A DNA stretch of 64,000 nt. Source: an uncultured Acidobacteriota bacterium. GTDB lineage: Bacteria > Acidobacteriota > Vicinamibacteria > Vicinamibacterales > UBA8438. A model generated the notes under the pieces. It searched no databases and was not told the DNA's origin. It was given only the letters and a program-made list of their open reading frames with translations. Shown piece after piece: positions 9,539-20,061 of the stretch. Each line of letters opens with the position of its first letter. Position 1 is the first letter of the stretch. The translations under genes and the position numbers were made by a program. Location of the stretch: positions 32,001 to 96,000 of the forward strand of contig CAJWLU010000003.1 of NCBI GenBank assembly GCA_913043225.1, read 5' to 3'.

Positions 9539-11263
9539 ATGGTGTTTCGACGTCCGAGTCTTGCGCTGGTAGCCGGCGCGCTGTTTCTCTCGCCCCTTGC
9601 GGCTGACGCTGCCGACTACCACCACGTGCATATCACCTCGTCGGACGCCACCGAGGCGGTGCGCTGGTATTCGCGTCACCTCGACTGCCAGCCCCTGTCG
9701 GACCGTGACGACTCGGTCGACTGCCAGGGCGTGCAGGTCACCTTTGATTCGCAGCCATCGCTCGGGAGCAGCCAGCGGACCGGCATCGATCGTCTCTCGT
9801 TCTCCTACGCGGATCTCACCGCGAAGATGGGCGAGATCGAGTCGGTGGGGGTCGGCGGGGCCGGCGTCCGGTTGCAGCGGTTCCCGGACGGATCCACGCT
9901 GCAGGATCAGCCCGGGCTCTACAAGCATGGGTTCATCTTCGACCCGTGGGGCACCCGGATCGAGCTGGTCGAGGACAGCGACAGGATCGGGTTCCATTCC
10001 ATCCATCTCAGCGCCACCGACCCCGCGGCGACACTGGCCTGGTACGAGGAGCACTTCGGCGGTGAGGCCGCGCAGCTCCGAGGGCAGATCGACGGTCTGC
10101 GGTTCGGCGACATCTGGCTCTTCGCGTTGCGGCACGAGGACGGGGTGCCGGCGGCCACGACCGGTCGAGCCATCGACCACATCGCGTTCGAGCTCGAGGA
10201 CGTCGACCGCGACAGTGTTCAGCTGGCCCAGGCCGGCGTCTCGTTCACCCAGCAGCCGGCGGTGCCGGAAGGTGGTCGCACCGGGGCCCGGCGCGGGTTC
10301 GTCGCGGCGCCCGACAATGTCAGCGTCGCGGTGGTCGAGGCCGGTTTCGCCGGGGTGGCCCGCTCGATGGACGACGTGGTCGACATCACGACCCAGCAGC
10401 GGGACTACACCGTGCCTCGCACCCCGTGGGGAGAGCCCGACTTCCAGGGGGTCTGGACCGGCGACGCCGCCCACGGGATTCCGATGGAGCGCCCCCGGGA
10501 CCTCACCGACACCGAGGTGCTGACGCCCGAGCAGGCGGCGGCGCGTCGCGAACGGGGCACGCTCGGCAGCATCTGGGGCTACGAGTCGGAGTGGCGCGAT
10601 ACGACCCTCGGCTACGTCAAGTCCGCGCCGTCACAGCAGGTGGCGATGGTGATCGATCCGCCGGATGGGCGGATCCCCGATTTCACGCCAGAGGCTCAGG
10701 CCCGTCTGGCAAACCGGGTCGACACGTCCGGCGTGCGCCGGCTCGCGGCTGGTCCCGAGGATCTGAGCCCCTGGGTGCGCTGCATCACTAGGACCCTGAT
10801 CCCGACCCCGCAGGTCTACAACAACGGTATGCAGATCGTGCAGGGGCCGGGCTACGTGGCCGTCCAGCGCGAGATGATTCACGAGACCCGGGTCATCCCC
10901 ACCGAGCCGAAGCCGCACGTGGGCGAGTCGATCACCTCCTGGCTGGGCGATGCTCGCGGGCACTGGGACGGCGATACGCTGGTGGTGGAGATCAAGAACC
11001 TCAACGGCCGGGTGCCGTTCCGTGGGACCACCGACGCGCTCACGCTCACCGAGCGTTACACGCGCACCGGACCAGATACGCTGCAGTATCAGTTCACCAT
11101 CGACGATCCGGAAGCGTTTACCCGCCCCTGGACCGGGATGTTCACCTACGTGCGTGACGAGACGCAGTACGAGCTCGTGGAGTACGCCTGTCACGAGGGG
11201 AACTACGGGATGCCGAACATTCTGACCGGTGCTCGCGCTCGAGAGCAGGAAGAAGGCCGTTAG
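9539..11263 (+). CDS. Exported VOC + EYACHEGNY-family fusion, paralogue 2
   Basis: Co-linear with 7791-9515 and the same length (574 aa from ATG 9539). Confidence 0.85.
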   Translation: MVFRRPSLALVAGALFLSPLAADAADYHHVHITSSDATEAVRWYSRHLDCQPLSDRDDSVDCQGVQVTFDSQPSLGSSQRTGIDRLSFSYADLTAKMGEIESVGVGGAGVRLQRFPDGSTLQDQPGLYKHGFIFDPWGTRIELVEDSDRIGFHSIHLSATDPAATLAWYEEHFGGEAAQLRGQIDGLRFGDIWLFALRHEDGVPAATTGRAIDHIAFELEDVDRDSVQLAQAGVSFTQQPAVPEGGRTGARRGFVAAPDNVSVAVVEAGFAGVARSMDDVVDITTQQRDYTVPRTPWGEPDFQGVWTGDAAHGIPMERPRDLTDTEVLTPEQAAARRERGTLGSIWGYESEWRDTTLGYVKSAPSQQVAMVIDPPDGRIPDFTPEAQARLANRVDTSGVRRLAAGPEDLSPWVRCITRTLIPTPQVYNNGMQIVQGPGYVAVQREMIHETRVIPTEPKPHVGESITSWLGDARGHWDGDTLVVEIKNLNGRVPFRGTTDALTLTERYTRTGPDTLQYQFTIDDPEAFTRPWTGMFTYVRDETQYELVEYACHEGNYGMPNILTGARAREQEEGR

Positions 11264-11354
11264 CGTCCCGCCGAACGGGGTTGGGTCAAGACTGTGGCCG
11301 GACCGGCCACGAGCGCCACCGCCGCGAGTTGGTGCGAGGCTGCCACGCTGCTGG

Positions 11355-13103
11355 TTACCCCTCGGGCAGGGCAAAGATGAACAGGTTGTTGCCGATGCTT
11401 GGTCGGTGGTCAGGGTTCAGCCGGGCCAGTACACCGGTGTTTAGCGAGCGGCCGGTGCTGACCGCCACATACTGCTGGCCCTCGATGGCGTAGGTCACCG
11501 GAAACCCGGTCACTGGCGATCCGATGTTGATCTCCCAGAGCAGTTCTCCGGTGTCCTGGTCGATAGCCTTGAAGCGGCCATTCGAGTCGCCGAAGAACAG
11601 CAGGTGCCCGCCGGTGGCGACCACCGACATCGTGAAGGCCTCCTGATCGTGGCTCCAGGTGACCTCGCCGGTCTCCACCGAGATCGCCTCAATGGTGCCG
11701 AGTTGCTGTTCGCCAGGCGTGATCTGCGCCCGGACGTTTAGTGAGTACCAGCCGTTTCCGGAGTCGACCATGACCCGGCCACAGGTATGGCGGAGCGGCA
11801 TGTACATGTGGTTCGTGAGGGGGCTATAGGCGCCTGCCTCCCAGTCCTTGCCGCCTTGCCAGATGGGGCACGCCATGACCTCTTGGCCGTTTCCCGTGAA
11901 GACCACCTCGGAGTTTTCGGTCACCGCACCGGTCGCTCCGTCGATATGACTTACCACGTTCTGGCTGACCGACGGGGTTGCCCAGAGAAACTCGCCTGTC
12001 TCGCGATCGAGCGTGTAGATGATCCCGGTCTTGCCCGGGATGCCGGTGACCACCCGCCGGCGCTCCCCTGACTCCAGTCGCGGGTTGATCCAGGCGACTG
12101 CCTCCGGGTTCGGCGCCACCGCGGTGTCGACCAGGATCCGTTCGAACGGGTGATCCAGATCCCAGTGGTCGTTTAAGTGTTGGTAGTACCAGCGGATCTC
12201 GCCGGTGGTCCCGTCGAGCGCGAGTGTGGAGTTGTGGTACAGGTGCGTGTTAGTGACGCCGCCCACCAGGAACTTTGGCGCGGGCGAGGTTACTGACGTG
12301 CCGATGTAGACGAGGTCCAGTTCGGGGTCGTAGCTCGGCACCATCCAGGCGCCCACGTGCTTGCGCTCCTCGTAGGGCAGCCCTCCCCAGGTCTCGTCGC
12401 CAGGTTCCCCTGGGCGGGGGATGGTCCGGCGGCGCCACAGCTCCTCTCCAGTGCGCGCGTTGTGGGCGGTAATGACGCAGGCGTCTGGGCCAGAGTCCGG
12501 CATACAGCCCCGGCCAGAGTAGATCCTGCCATTGCCGATGATCGGACCGGATGACTGGTGGGCCGGTAGTTCCCGATAGTCGAGGATCTGAGTCTCCCAC
12601 ACTAGTTCCCCGGACGAGGCGTCGAGCGCGAACACGTAGTCGTCGGCGCTGGTGTCGATGATGAGGCCTTCGTAGATTGCCAGGTTGCGGTTGATCCTGG
12701 AGAGCATGGGGATGATGTAGTCGTCCAGATCGTCCGGCAGGTTCCGACGATACTCCCAGACGAGGTCGCCGGTGGCGGCGTCCAGTGCCTGGATGACGTC
12801 GCCCGGATTCGGCATGTACATCATGCCGTCGTAGACCAGCGGAGTGCCCTGGTTGCTGCCGTCGTTTAGCGCCCGGGTCCACACCATGCGCAGTTGGTCG
12901 ACATTGCTCCGGTCGATCGTGTCGAGCGGGCTGTAGCCCCAGCCATTCAGGGTGCGCCGCCACATCGGCCAGTCTTCGGGCGCCGGGTTTTGCAGCATGG
13001 CGTCGGTCACCGGGACGAAGTCGGCCGGCTGGGCTGCGGCTGGGCCGGCCAGGACGGTCGTCACCAACAGGAGTGCGGCGGTCGCGCTACGGGTATGGGG
13101 CAT
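11355..13103 (-). CDS. Exported PQQ-binding beta-propeller dehydrogenase (alcohol-dehydrogenase-like)
   Basis: W-x-M-W-R-R-T...GYSPL, TPLVYDG, DHWDLD, GKTG and TYAIEGQQYVAV; tryptophan-docking repeats; signal peptide from ATG 13103. Confidence 0.85.
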   Translation of the reverse strand: MPHTRSATAALLLVTTVLAGPAAAQPADFVPVTDAMLQNPAPEDWPMWRRTLNGWGYSPLDTIDRSNVDQLRMVWTRALNDGSNQGTPLVYDGMMYMPNPGDVIQALDAATGDLVWEYRRNLPDDLDDYIIPMLSRINRNLAIYEGLIIDTSADDYVFALDASSGELVWETQILDYRELPAHQSSGPIIGNGRIYSGRGCMPDSGPDACVITAHNARTGEELWRRRTIPRPGEPGDETWGGLPYEERKHVGAWMVPSYDPELDLVYIGTSVTSPAPKFLVGGVTNTHLYHNSTLALDGTTGEIRWYYQHLNDHWDLDHPFERILVDTAVAPNPEAVAWINPRLESGERRRVVTGIPGKTGIIYTLDRETGEFLWATPSVSQNVVSHIDGATGAVTENSEVVFTGNGQEVMACPIWQGGKDWEAGAYSPLTNHMYMPLRHTCGRVMVDSGNGWYSLNVRAQITPGEQQLGTIEAISVETGEVTWSHDQEAFTMSVVATGGHLLFFGDSNGRFKAIDQDTGELLWEINIGSPVTGFPVTYAIEGQQYVAVSTGRSLNTGVLARLNPDHRPSIGNNLFIFALPEG

Positions 13104-13123
13104 TTCGACTCTGCCAGGTTGGG

Positions 13124-14134
13124 TTAGTTCGAAGCGCGACGACGCCCAGACGGACGCTGTCCAAGTGCCCGTTGCATCACTTCGTACTGCACTCCGATGA
13201 TTCGGCCGATCGACTGGATCCAGTAGTCGGCGTCGTGACGGCCAGCCATCTGCATATAGTCGAACGGGATGTCGCGTTCCATCAAGATGCCGGCTAGCTC
13301 TCGCGCGCCGCTGATGAGGCGGTCTTCGGTGCCACAATCTAGGTAGATGTGAGGCAGTGCCTCCTGCGGCACCTGATCGATCAGGGTGAACGGGTCGTAG
13401 GCGTCGGCGTCCTCGGCGGTCACGAACTCGGTTCCCTCCGGGGTCCGTTCCACCTGGCTACTGAAGCCGTCGATGCCGATGAGCGGGTTCGGTTGTTGCC
13501 GCCGCCGTTCGCGTTCGGCCCGCTGTGCTTCGGTTAACTGCCGTCTCGGCTGGCGGGGTGGCTCCTCTCCACGCATCCGTCTTGAAACCTGCCGCGCATG
13601 CTCCAGCGCGCCGCTGGTGCTCCCGATGGAGATGAAGAGCTCAGGGTTGCGCAGACCCAAGCTTATCGAGCCGTAGCCGCCCATGGAGAGTCCTGCGATC
13701 GCCCGACCCTCTCGTCTGGCGATCGTCCGGAAGTTCCAGTCCACGTGGCTCACCACATCCACCACGATGTGGTCTTCCCAGTTGTTGGTCTGGCCACCGG
13801 TGCTTTCGGCCCAGTTGGCGTACCACGAGTTCCCGCCGTCGGGCATCACCACGATGAGGTCGTCGTAGAGGCTGGCGTAGAACGGCGTGCCGTTGGCGAG
13901 TCCCCAGGCGGTGTAGTTCTGGGTCAGCCCGTGCAGGAGATACAGCACCGGATACCGTTCGGTCGACGCCGCATAGTCGCTGGGTAGCAGGATGTTGTAT
14001 TTCATGTCGCGGTCGACGGCCGGGCTGTAGAACTCGACCGTCAGTAACTCCGGTGTCTGGGCCGTGGCTGGCTGACCCAGCCCCACCAGGACAACCGCCG
14101 TCACCGTTGTTACGAGCGCTCTCTTCAGAGTCAT
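13124..14134 (-). CDS. Exported alpha/beta-hydrolase esterase (S-formylglutathione hydrolase/tributyrin esterase-like)
   Basis: YPVLYLLHG, GLSMGG nucleophile elbow, DCGTED and GRHDADYW. Confidence 0.85.
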   Translation of the reverse strand: MTLKRALVTTVTAVVLVGLGQPATAQTPELLTVEFYSPAVDRDMKYNILLPSDYAASTERYPVLYLLHGLTQNYTAWGLANGTPFYASLYDDLIVVMPDGGNSWYANWAESTGGQTNNWEDHIVVDVVSHVDWNFRTIARREGRAIAGLSMGGYGSISLGLRNPELFISIGSTSGALEHARQVSRRMRGEEPPRQPRRQLTEAQRAERERRRQQPNPLIGIDGFSSQVERTPEGTEFVTAEDADAYDPFTLIDQVPQEALPHIYLDCGTEDRLISGARELAGILMERDIPFDYMQMAGRHDADYWIQSIGRIIGVQYEVMQRALGQRPSGRRRASN

Positions 14135-14201
14135 GTATTCTCCTGCCGGTTGCTGTCGCGTTCGCCCTTCATCTTAATCCCGTCAGTCCGAGGTGCATCC
14201 G

Positions 14202-15512
14202 TCAATAGGGGAGGCCGGTGCGCCAGTCACCAATCGCCAGCTCCCGGCTCGCGAACTGGTAGATCACGAGCCGTTTGCCGGCCAGACGGTCTCGTCCCTG
14301 CTGCCGCTGAGCGGCCAGTAGCTGACGCGTGGCGTAGCTTCCGGCGTCGTTCTGACGCAGCGCATCGAGGGGACGACCCAGGCGTAGGCTCAGCTGTTCG
14401 GTTAGACCCGCCGCGGTACCCCAACCAAGCGCCTCCAGTGAGTAGATGTTGGCGAAGCTATCCCCAAGTAACAGGATCTCGGCGGTGGGATCAGGTTGCC
14501 ACCCCTGCCCTTCCGGATCCAGTACCTGCGTCAGCGTCACCCGTTCGGCCGCTCGGTCCGCTTGTGCCTGAGGCAGGTTCAGGAGCGCCAGCGTGTCGCC
14601 CTGGTTCCTTGCCTGGCGGGTGGCGGTCGAGTAGGTGCGTGGCGCTCCAGCCCAGTCGAGGTCGAGCGACTCGATGTGGTCTGCGAGTAGGTCACTGGCC
14701 AGGTCGACGCCGGCTGGGGTCCAGTGGGTATCGCTTCGAAGATACAGTGGGACGTCGTCGATCTGACGTGCCTGCCAAAAGTCCGCCGTCAGATCGACGA
14801 TGTCGATGCCCTCCGCGCGCACCGCGTCCAACCAGGCCGCCTGCGAGGTGTTGCGCATCGGTTCCACGGCGTTCTCTGCCCGCCGTACGTAGCGGTCGGG
14901 ATAGATGGTGGGTTTGAGGGGCACCGGGACCACGACCAGCGCGATCCCGCGTGCCTGCAAAGCGTCGCGCAGCTCGATGAGTGCAGCCCGGGGATCTGGC
15001 TCGACGTCGGGGTCCGCCAGGAGACGGGCGGCCAGGCGTTCCGGTTCGAGAAACCCTGGCCCCGTCACATACTCCACGTCCGGGCGGTAGAACAGCCAGC
15101 CACCCCGGCCCGGATAGACAGACTCGGTCGAGCCACCCAGCCAGCTGGTGACGACCAGATTCACCATAGGCACCAGTGCGTCGATCAGCGGCGATCGTTC
15201 TTCCAGCGACGTTTCGTAGTCGGCGATGTTGACGCCGACACGCTCGTTGGCTAGCGCCAGCGCGTCGATCCAGCCGTCGACGGCGGCGACCGACGAGATC
15301 TCGTCCCAGACCGGGGGGAGGGTGCGCGGATCGAGCACGCTGGGCCAACGTCCGGGATCGGCCCGCAAGTCCGCGATGGTGTGCCAGCCGAGCGTCCCAA
15401 CCAGGAAAACGAGCGCGCCGGCCGTCAAGAGACGACTGACCGGGGCCGTTACCACGGTCTGGCCCACCTCGTTGCGCGCCTGGCGTTCCCGTTCCTCGGG
15501 TGTGGTCAGCAT
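14202..15512 (-). CDS. AlgJ/AlgX-like SGNH polysaccharide O-acetyltransferase
   Basis: GWLF, D-T-H-W (SDTHWT) and GDSF motifs; directly follows the MBOAT gene. Confidence 0.8.
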   Translation of the reverse strand: MLTTPEERERQARNEVGQTVVTAPVSRLLTAGALVFLVGTLGWHTIADLRADPGRWPSVLDPRTLPPVWDEISSVAAVDGWIDALALANERVGVNIADYETSLEERSPLIDALVPMVNLVVTSWLGGSTESVYPGRGGWLFYRPDVEYVTGPGFLEPERLAARLLADPDVEPDPRAALIELRDALQARGIALVVVPVPLKPTIYPDRYVRRAENAVEPMRNTSQAAWLDAVRAEGIDIVDLTADFWQARQIDDVPLYLRSDTHWTPAGVDLASDLLADHIESLDLDWAGAPRTYSTATRQARNQGDTLALLNLPQAQADRAAERVTLTQVLDPEGQGWQPDPTAEILLLGDSFANIYSLEALGWGTAAGLTEQLSLRLGRPLDALRQNDAGSYATRQLLAAQRQQGRDRLAGKRLVIYQFASRELAIGDWRTGLPY

Positions 15513-15514
15513 GG

Positions 15515-16927
15515 TCAGAAGATGAAGTAGATGAACGGGTTGAATGTCTGGCTAGCCATCAGGCTCACTGAGATGCCGAGCAGCACTAGGCACCACGCGG
15601 CCCTGAGGGGGGTCAGGGTGCGGGTGAAGTTCCAGGTCTGCGGCGCTGTCCACACCACCAGCGCGGCGACGACCAGGGTCAGCGCGTAGTAGGGCTGATA
15701 CAGAAGTCCGCCTACCAGCGCCGACTCGGGTGGGGTCGGGGCCAAGCCGACGAGCGCGGCCAGGTAGCCAAGCGCCACAGCGAGCGTCGGCGCACGGAAG
15801 AACACCCACGCCAGACAGACGATGGCGAACGTGACCGCCGTGGCGGCGGTGGCCGGCAGACGGCGATACAGGCTGGTCTTGCCGCGGCTCCGCTCGAACG
15901 CCAGCATGGCGCCGTGGATGCCGCCCCAGATGATGAAGTTCCAGGAGGCGCCATGCCAGAGACCGCCCAGCAGCATCACGGTCATGAGGTTCACGTAGGT
16001 GCGGAGCCGGCCCTTGCGGTTTCCGCCGAGCGGCAGATAGAGGTAGTCCCGCAGGAAGAACGAGAGTGACAGGTGCCAGCGCTGCCAGAACTCGGTGATC
16101 GACCGGGCCCGATACGGAGAGTCGAAGTTCTTCGGAAACACGAAGCCCAGCATCAGACCGAGCCCGACCGCCATGTCGCTGTAGCCGCTGAAATCGAAGT
16201 AGATCTGGAACGCATACGCCACCAAGCCGTACCAGGCGTCGATGACATGCAGTGCGCCCGCTTCGAAGCAGGTGTCGGCGATCTTGCCAGCCGGGTTCGC
16301 CAGCATGACCTTCTTCGCCATGCCGCAGGCAACGAACGACACGCCACGCGCGAACTTGGCTACGGTGTGTTCCCGGCTGCGAAGCTGGTCGGACACCTCG
16401 CGGAACCTGACAATCGGACCGGCGACCAGCTGTGGGAACAGCGCCACGTAACAGGCGAAATCGATGATGTTCGAGAGCGGGCGCGCCTGACCGCGGTAGA
16501 TGTCGATGGTGTAGCTCATCGACTGGAAGGTGTAGAAGCTGATGCCGAGCGGCAGCGTGACGCGAAAGAAGGTCTCCCACTGCAGGTGGTCGGCGCCCAA
16601 CGCGCTCACCAGCACGTTGTAGTTCTCCAGTCCGAAGTTGAAGTACTTGAAGAATCCGAGCAGACCCAGGTTCGTGACGATGGAGACGGTCAGGGCGGCG
16701 CGGTGTCGTCGGGTGCGCGGCCCTGGTTCGCCCACCACTAGTCCGCAACCGTAGTCGACGAGCGTGCTGAAGAGCATGAGCAGCACGAACGCCGGGTTCC
16801 ACCAGCCGTAGAAGACGTAGCTGAGCGACGCGAGCAGTAGGTGGCGTAGCCGCTGTGGCGCGAGGTAGTAGGCAGCCAGCGTGAGCGGCAGGAAGACGAA
16901 AACGAAGATGTATGAGGAGAAGACCAC
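15515..16927 (-). CDS. algI: MBOAT O-acyltransferase, AlgI-like
   Basis: LPLGISFYTFQ, FPQLVAGPIVR, QIYFDFSGYSDMA, FWQRWHLSL and GLWHGASW. Confidence 0.85.
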   Translation of the reverse strand: MVFSSYIFVFVFLPLTLAAYYLAPQRLRHLLLASLSYVFYGWWNPAFVLLMLFSTLVDYGCGLVVGEPGPRTRRHRAALTVSIVTNLGLLGFFKYFNFGLENYNVLVSALGADHLQWETFFRVTLPLGISFYTFQSMSYTIDIYRGQARPLSNIIDFACYVALFPQLVAGPIVRFREVSDQLRSREHTVAKFARGVSFVACGMAKKVMLANPAGKIADTCFEAGALHVIDAWYGLVAYAFQIYFDFSGYSDMAVGLGLMLGFVFPKNFDSPYRARSITEFWQRWHLSLSFFLRDYLYLPLGGNRKGRLRTYVNLMTVMLLGGLWHGASWNFIIWGGIHGAMLAFERSRGKTSLYRRLPATAATAVTFAIVCLAWVFFRAPTLAVALGYLAALVGLAPTPPESALVGGLLYQPYYALTLVVAALVVWTAPQTWNFTRTLTPLRAAWCLVLLGISVSLMASQTFNPFIYFIF

Positions 16928-17028
16928 CGCGGTTGCCGGGGGACCAGCCCATCATAGCGCGGAAGCCGGTGCGCACCGTCACGCCATATAATGCGGGCCT
17001 CGACGCGATATCTGACGGGAGGTTCTCC

Positions 17029-18900
17029 GTGACACGTGCGCACACCAATCCTGGCGGCCTGTTCATCGCCGTATTGTCGTGGCTCTGGCTCGCTGGGTGT
17101 GGCTCGCCAGGCCCTGGCGATACGGTCGGGGACGACGCGGCTCCTCCAACGGCTGCCGTCAGCGGCGACTGGCCCATGTATCGCTACGATCTCGCGGCGA
17201 CCGGGTATTCGCCGCTTGGCGAGATCACCGTAGCGAACGTGTCCACGCTGACCGAGGCCTGGACCCATTCGCTGACGCCCGTTGATCCGGAGGCACGCGG
17301 ACCGAACTCGCAGATGACGCCGATCGTGGTCGACGGGGTCCTCTATGGGACCGCGGCCGACCGGGTGGTGGCGCTTGATCCCGCCACGGGCGCCGAGTTG
17401 TGGAGACACGCGGTGGACGGGGCTCGTCCCTCGCGTCGCGGGGTTTCGTACTGGCCAGGTGGTGCCGGCCTCAAGCCTCGCATCATCTTTACCACGGGGC
17501 TCCATCTACGCGCCGTCGATGCCGCCACGGGCACTCCCGTCGAGGCGTTCGGCGCCGCCGGGCTGGTCGAGCTTGGCGTGCCCTACAACTCGGTGCCGAT
17601 GGTGGCGGGCAACGTCGTCGTGGTTGGAGCCAACACCCCACCAGGGAGCATTGGTGGCATCGGGAATGCCCGGGCCTACGACGCTCGAACCGGGGAGAGG
17701 TTGTGGGAGTTCTCTTCGGTCGCACAGCCAGGCGAGCCTGGTCACGATACGTGGGAGGGAGATAGCTGGCAGGACCGGTTGGGCGCGAACGCCTGGCCGT
17801 TCTACTTTTCGATGGACGAGGAGCGGGGGCTGGTCTATCTCCCGCTGGCATCGCCGATTCCTGGTGACTATGGCGGCGACCGGTCCGGCGACAATCTCTA
17901 CGGCAACTCGGTGGTGGCAGTCGACGCCGAGACCGGCGCGTATCGTTGGCACTTCCAGACCATCAGACACGATCTTTGGGACGCCGACCCGCCGGCGCCG
18001 CCCGCGCTGTTCGACATCGGTGAGGTCCCAGCTCTAGGCGTGACCACCAAGTCGGGCTACCTGTACATCCTCAACCGGGAAACTGGCGAACCGATCTACG
18101 GGGTCGAGGACATCGACGTGGCCCCGAGTGATGTTCCAGGCGAGGAGACCGCGGACACCCAGCCGGTGCCGCTGCGGCCCACCGGCCTGTCGCGATTGAC
18201 CTACGACTCGGCGGACCTCGTCACCGCGGAGATGACATCGGCCGAGCACGCGGCGGCCTGTGGGGAACTGGTGGGTTCGCTTGGTGAGATCTTCAACGCC
18301 GGACCGTTCACGCCCTGGGTCTATCGGGCCCCGGGTTCGCCGCTTCGCACGACGCTGTCGTTCCCGGGGCAGGTAGGCGGCGCTAACTGGGGCGGTGTGA
18401 CCGTGGACCGCGAGACCGGCTATCTCCTCGTGACGACCCAGGACATGGGCGCGCTCGGCTTCGTCGAGGACGCGCCAGACGATCACCCGTTGGCCTATCG
18501 TCGCGGAACGATGCGACCCGGGAGCTTCACCGTTCGACTCGATGACACCACGCTGCCGTGCCAGGCGCCACCCTGGGGACGATTGACCGCGGTGGACGCG
18601 GCGACCGGCGACATCGCCTGGCAGGAGACGCTGGGGGTGACCGACTCGTTGCCGGACGGGAAGCAGGCGACAGGGCGGCTGATACGCGCCGGGGCCATCA
18701 CGACCGCCGGCGGACTCGCGTTCGTGGCCGGTACCGACGACAACCGGCTGCGCGCCTTCGAGACCGCGACCGGGCGTGAGGTGTGGACCGAGCGGTTGTC
18801 CGGGTTCGGCAACGCCAATCCGATGACGTATGCCGTCGACGGGAAGCAGTACGTGGCGGTGGCGGCGAACGATACACTCGTTGCCTACGCGCTGCCCTGA
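17029..18900 (+). CDS. PQQ-type quinoprotein, glucose-dehydrogenase-like; probable lipoprotein
   Basis: GTG start after GGGAGG; LAGC lipobox; [22 protein letters not shown] and [13 protein letters not shown]. Confidence 0.85.
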   Translation: MTRAHTNPGGLFIAVLSWLWLAGCGSPGPGDTVGDDAAPPTAAVSGDWPMYRYDLAATGYSPLGEITVANVSTLTEAWTHSLTPVDPEARGPNSQMTPIVVDGVLYGTAADRVVALDPATGAELWRHAVDGARPSRRGVSYWPGGAGLKPRIIFTTGLHLRAVDAATGTPVEAFGAAGLVELGVPYNSVPMVAGNVVVVGANTPPGSIGGIGNARAYDARTGERLWEFSSVAQPGEPGHDTWEGDSWQDRLGANAWPFYFSMDEERGLVYLPLASPIPGDYGGDRSGDNLYGNSVVAVDAETGAYRWHFQTIRHDLWDADPPAPPALFDIGEVPALGVTTKSGYLYILNRETGEPIYGVEDIDVAPSDVPGEETADTQPVPLRPTGLSRLTYDSADLVTAEMTSAEHAAACGELVGSLGEIFNAGPFTPWVYRAPGSPLRTTLSFPGQVGGANWGGVTVDRETGYLLVTTQDMGALGFVEDAPDDHPLAYRRGTMRPGSFTVRLDDTTLPCQAPPWGRLTAVDAATGDIAWQETLGVTDSLPDGKQATGRLIRAGAITTAGGLAFVAGTDDNRLRAFETATGREVWTERLSGFGNANPMTYAVDGKQYVAVAANDTLVAYALP

Positions 18901-20048
18901 GGATCCCGCTGGGCGATCACGCCGGCGTCGAGGAGCGCCCCGATCTCGTCCGGCGTGAGTCCCCAATCACCGAGGGTTTCACGCGTGTGATCGCCGGGCG
19001 CTGCCGGCGCCCCGCGGACGGCGCTCGGCGTCCGGCTGAAGCGAGGCGCGGCGTTCGGCTGCCAGTGACCGTCCCGCTGCACGAACGTCTCCCGTGCCTT
19101 AAGATGCGGGTGCTCGGGCGCCTCGGCCATGCTGAGCACCGGCGCGAAGCAGGCGTCGGTGCCTTCCAGTCGCTCCACCCACTCGTCCCGCGTGCGTGTC
19201 TTGATCCGGGCGGCCAGTCTTGCCTTGAGTTCCGGCCAGTCGTCGGACCGCGTCGACCGCGGCAGTTCGTCGGCGCTCACGCCCAGCAGGTCGAGCATCG
19301 TGTCGTAGAACCGCGGCTCGATCGGGGCGAGCGCGATGTGCTTGCCGTCGCTGGTCTCATACACATCGTAGAAATGGGCCCCGCCGTCAAGTGCGTTGTG
19401 CCGACGCTGGTCGTCCATCATGCCGGCGGCTCGGAACCCGTAGAGGCCGGTCATTAGCGACGCTGCGCCGTCGACCATCGCCGCGTCGACCACCTGCCCC
19501 TGGCCTGACGTACGGGCTTCCAGGAGCGCCGCGGTCACGCCCAGCGCCAGATAGAGCGCCCCGCCGCCGAAGTCGCCCACGAGGTTGAGGGGGGGGATCG
19601 GGCGGTCCTCGGTACCGATGGCGTGGAGGGCGCCCGTCAGTGCGATGTAGTTGAGATCGTGACCAGCCGCCGTGGCCAGGGGACCAGCCTGACCCCACCC
19701 GGTCACTCGACCGTAGACCAGTCGCTCGTTGACAGCGAGGCACTCCTCAGGGCCCAGGCCAAGACGCTCGGTGACACCAGGGCGAAATCCCTCGATCAGC
19801 GCATCGGCGTCCCGGCAGAGGCGCAGTACGAGTGCGCGACCGTCAGGATGTTTGAGATCGACCGCGGCCGACCGCCGGCTGCGATGGAGATAGGCGTGCT
19901 GGTTGGGTGTGCCGAGGCCCAGGCCGGACGGACTCAGCCGGTCCAGACGGAGCACGTCGGCCCCCAGCTCGGCCAGGAGCATGGCGGCCATCGGGCAGGG
20001 ACCGATACCAGCCAGCTCGATGACCCGGACGCCGTCGAGGGGGCCCAC
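18885..20048 (-). CDS. CaiB/BaiF class III CoA-transferase / alpha-methylacyl-CoA racemase-like
   Basis: [28 protein letters not shown] and VDAAMVDG. Confidence 0.9.
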   Translation of the reverse strand: MGPLDGVRVIELAGIGPCPMAAMLLAELGADVLRLDRLSPSGLGLGTPNQHAYLHRSRRSAAVDLKHPDGRALVLRLCRDADALIEGFRPGVTERLGLGPEECLAVNERLVYGRVTGWGQAGPLATAAGHDLNYIALTGALHAIGTEDRPIPPLNLVGDFGGGALYLALGVTAALLEARTSGQGQVVDAAMVDGAASLMTGLYGFRAAGMMDDQRRHNALDGGAHFYDVYETSDGKHIALAPIEPRFYDTMLDLLGVSADELPRSTRSDDWPELKARLAARIKTRTRDEWVERLEGTDACFAPVLSMAEAPEHPHLKARETFVQRDGHWQPNAAPRFSRTPSAVRGAPAAPGDHTRETLGDWGLTPDEIGALLDAGVIAQRDPQGSA

Positions 20049-20061
20049 GCGGACGTCCCGT

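Noticed and set aside
7791..11263. Tandem duplication as an assembly artefact
   Set aside because: The copies differ at many synonymous and non-synonymous sites along their whole length
12150..12200. D-x-D (WDLD) as a lanthanide-dependence signature
   Set aside because: WDxD also occurs in Ca-dependent and glucose-dehydrogenase-like quinoproteins, so it is not diagnostic without alignment
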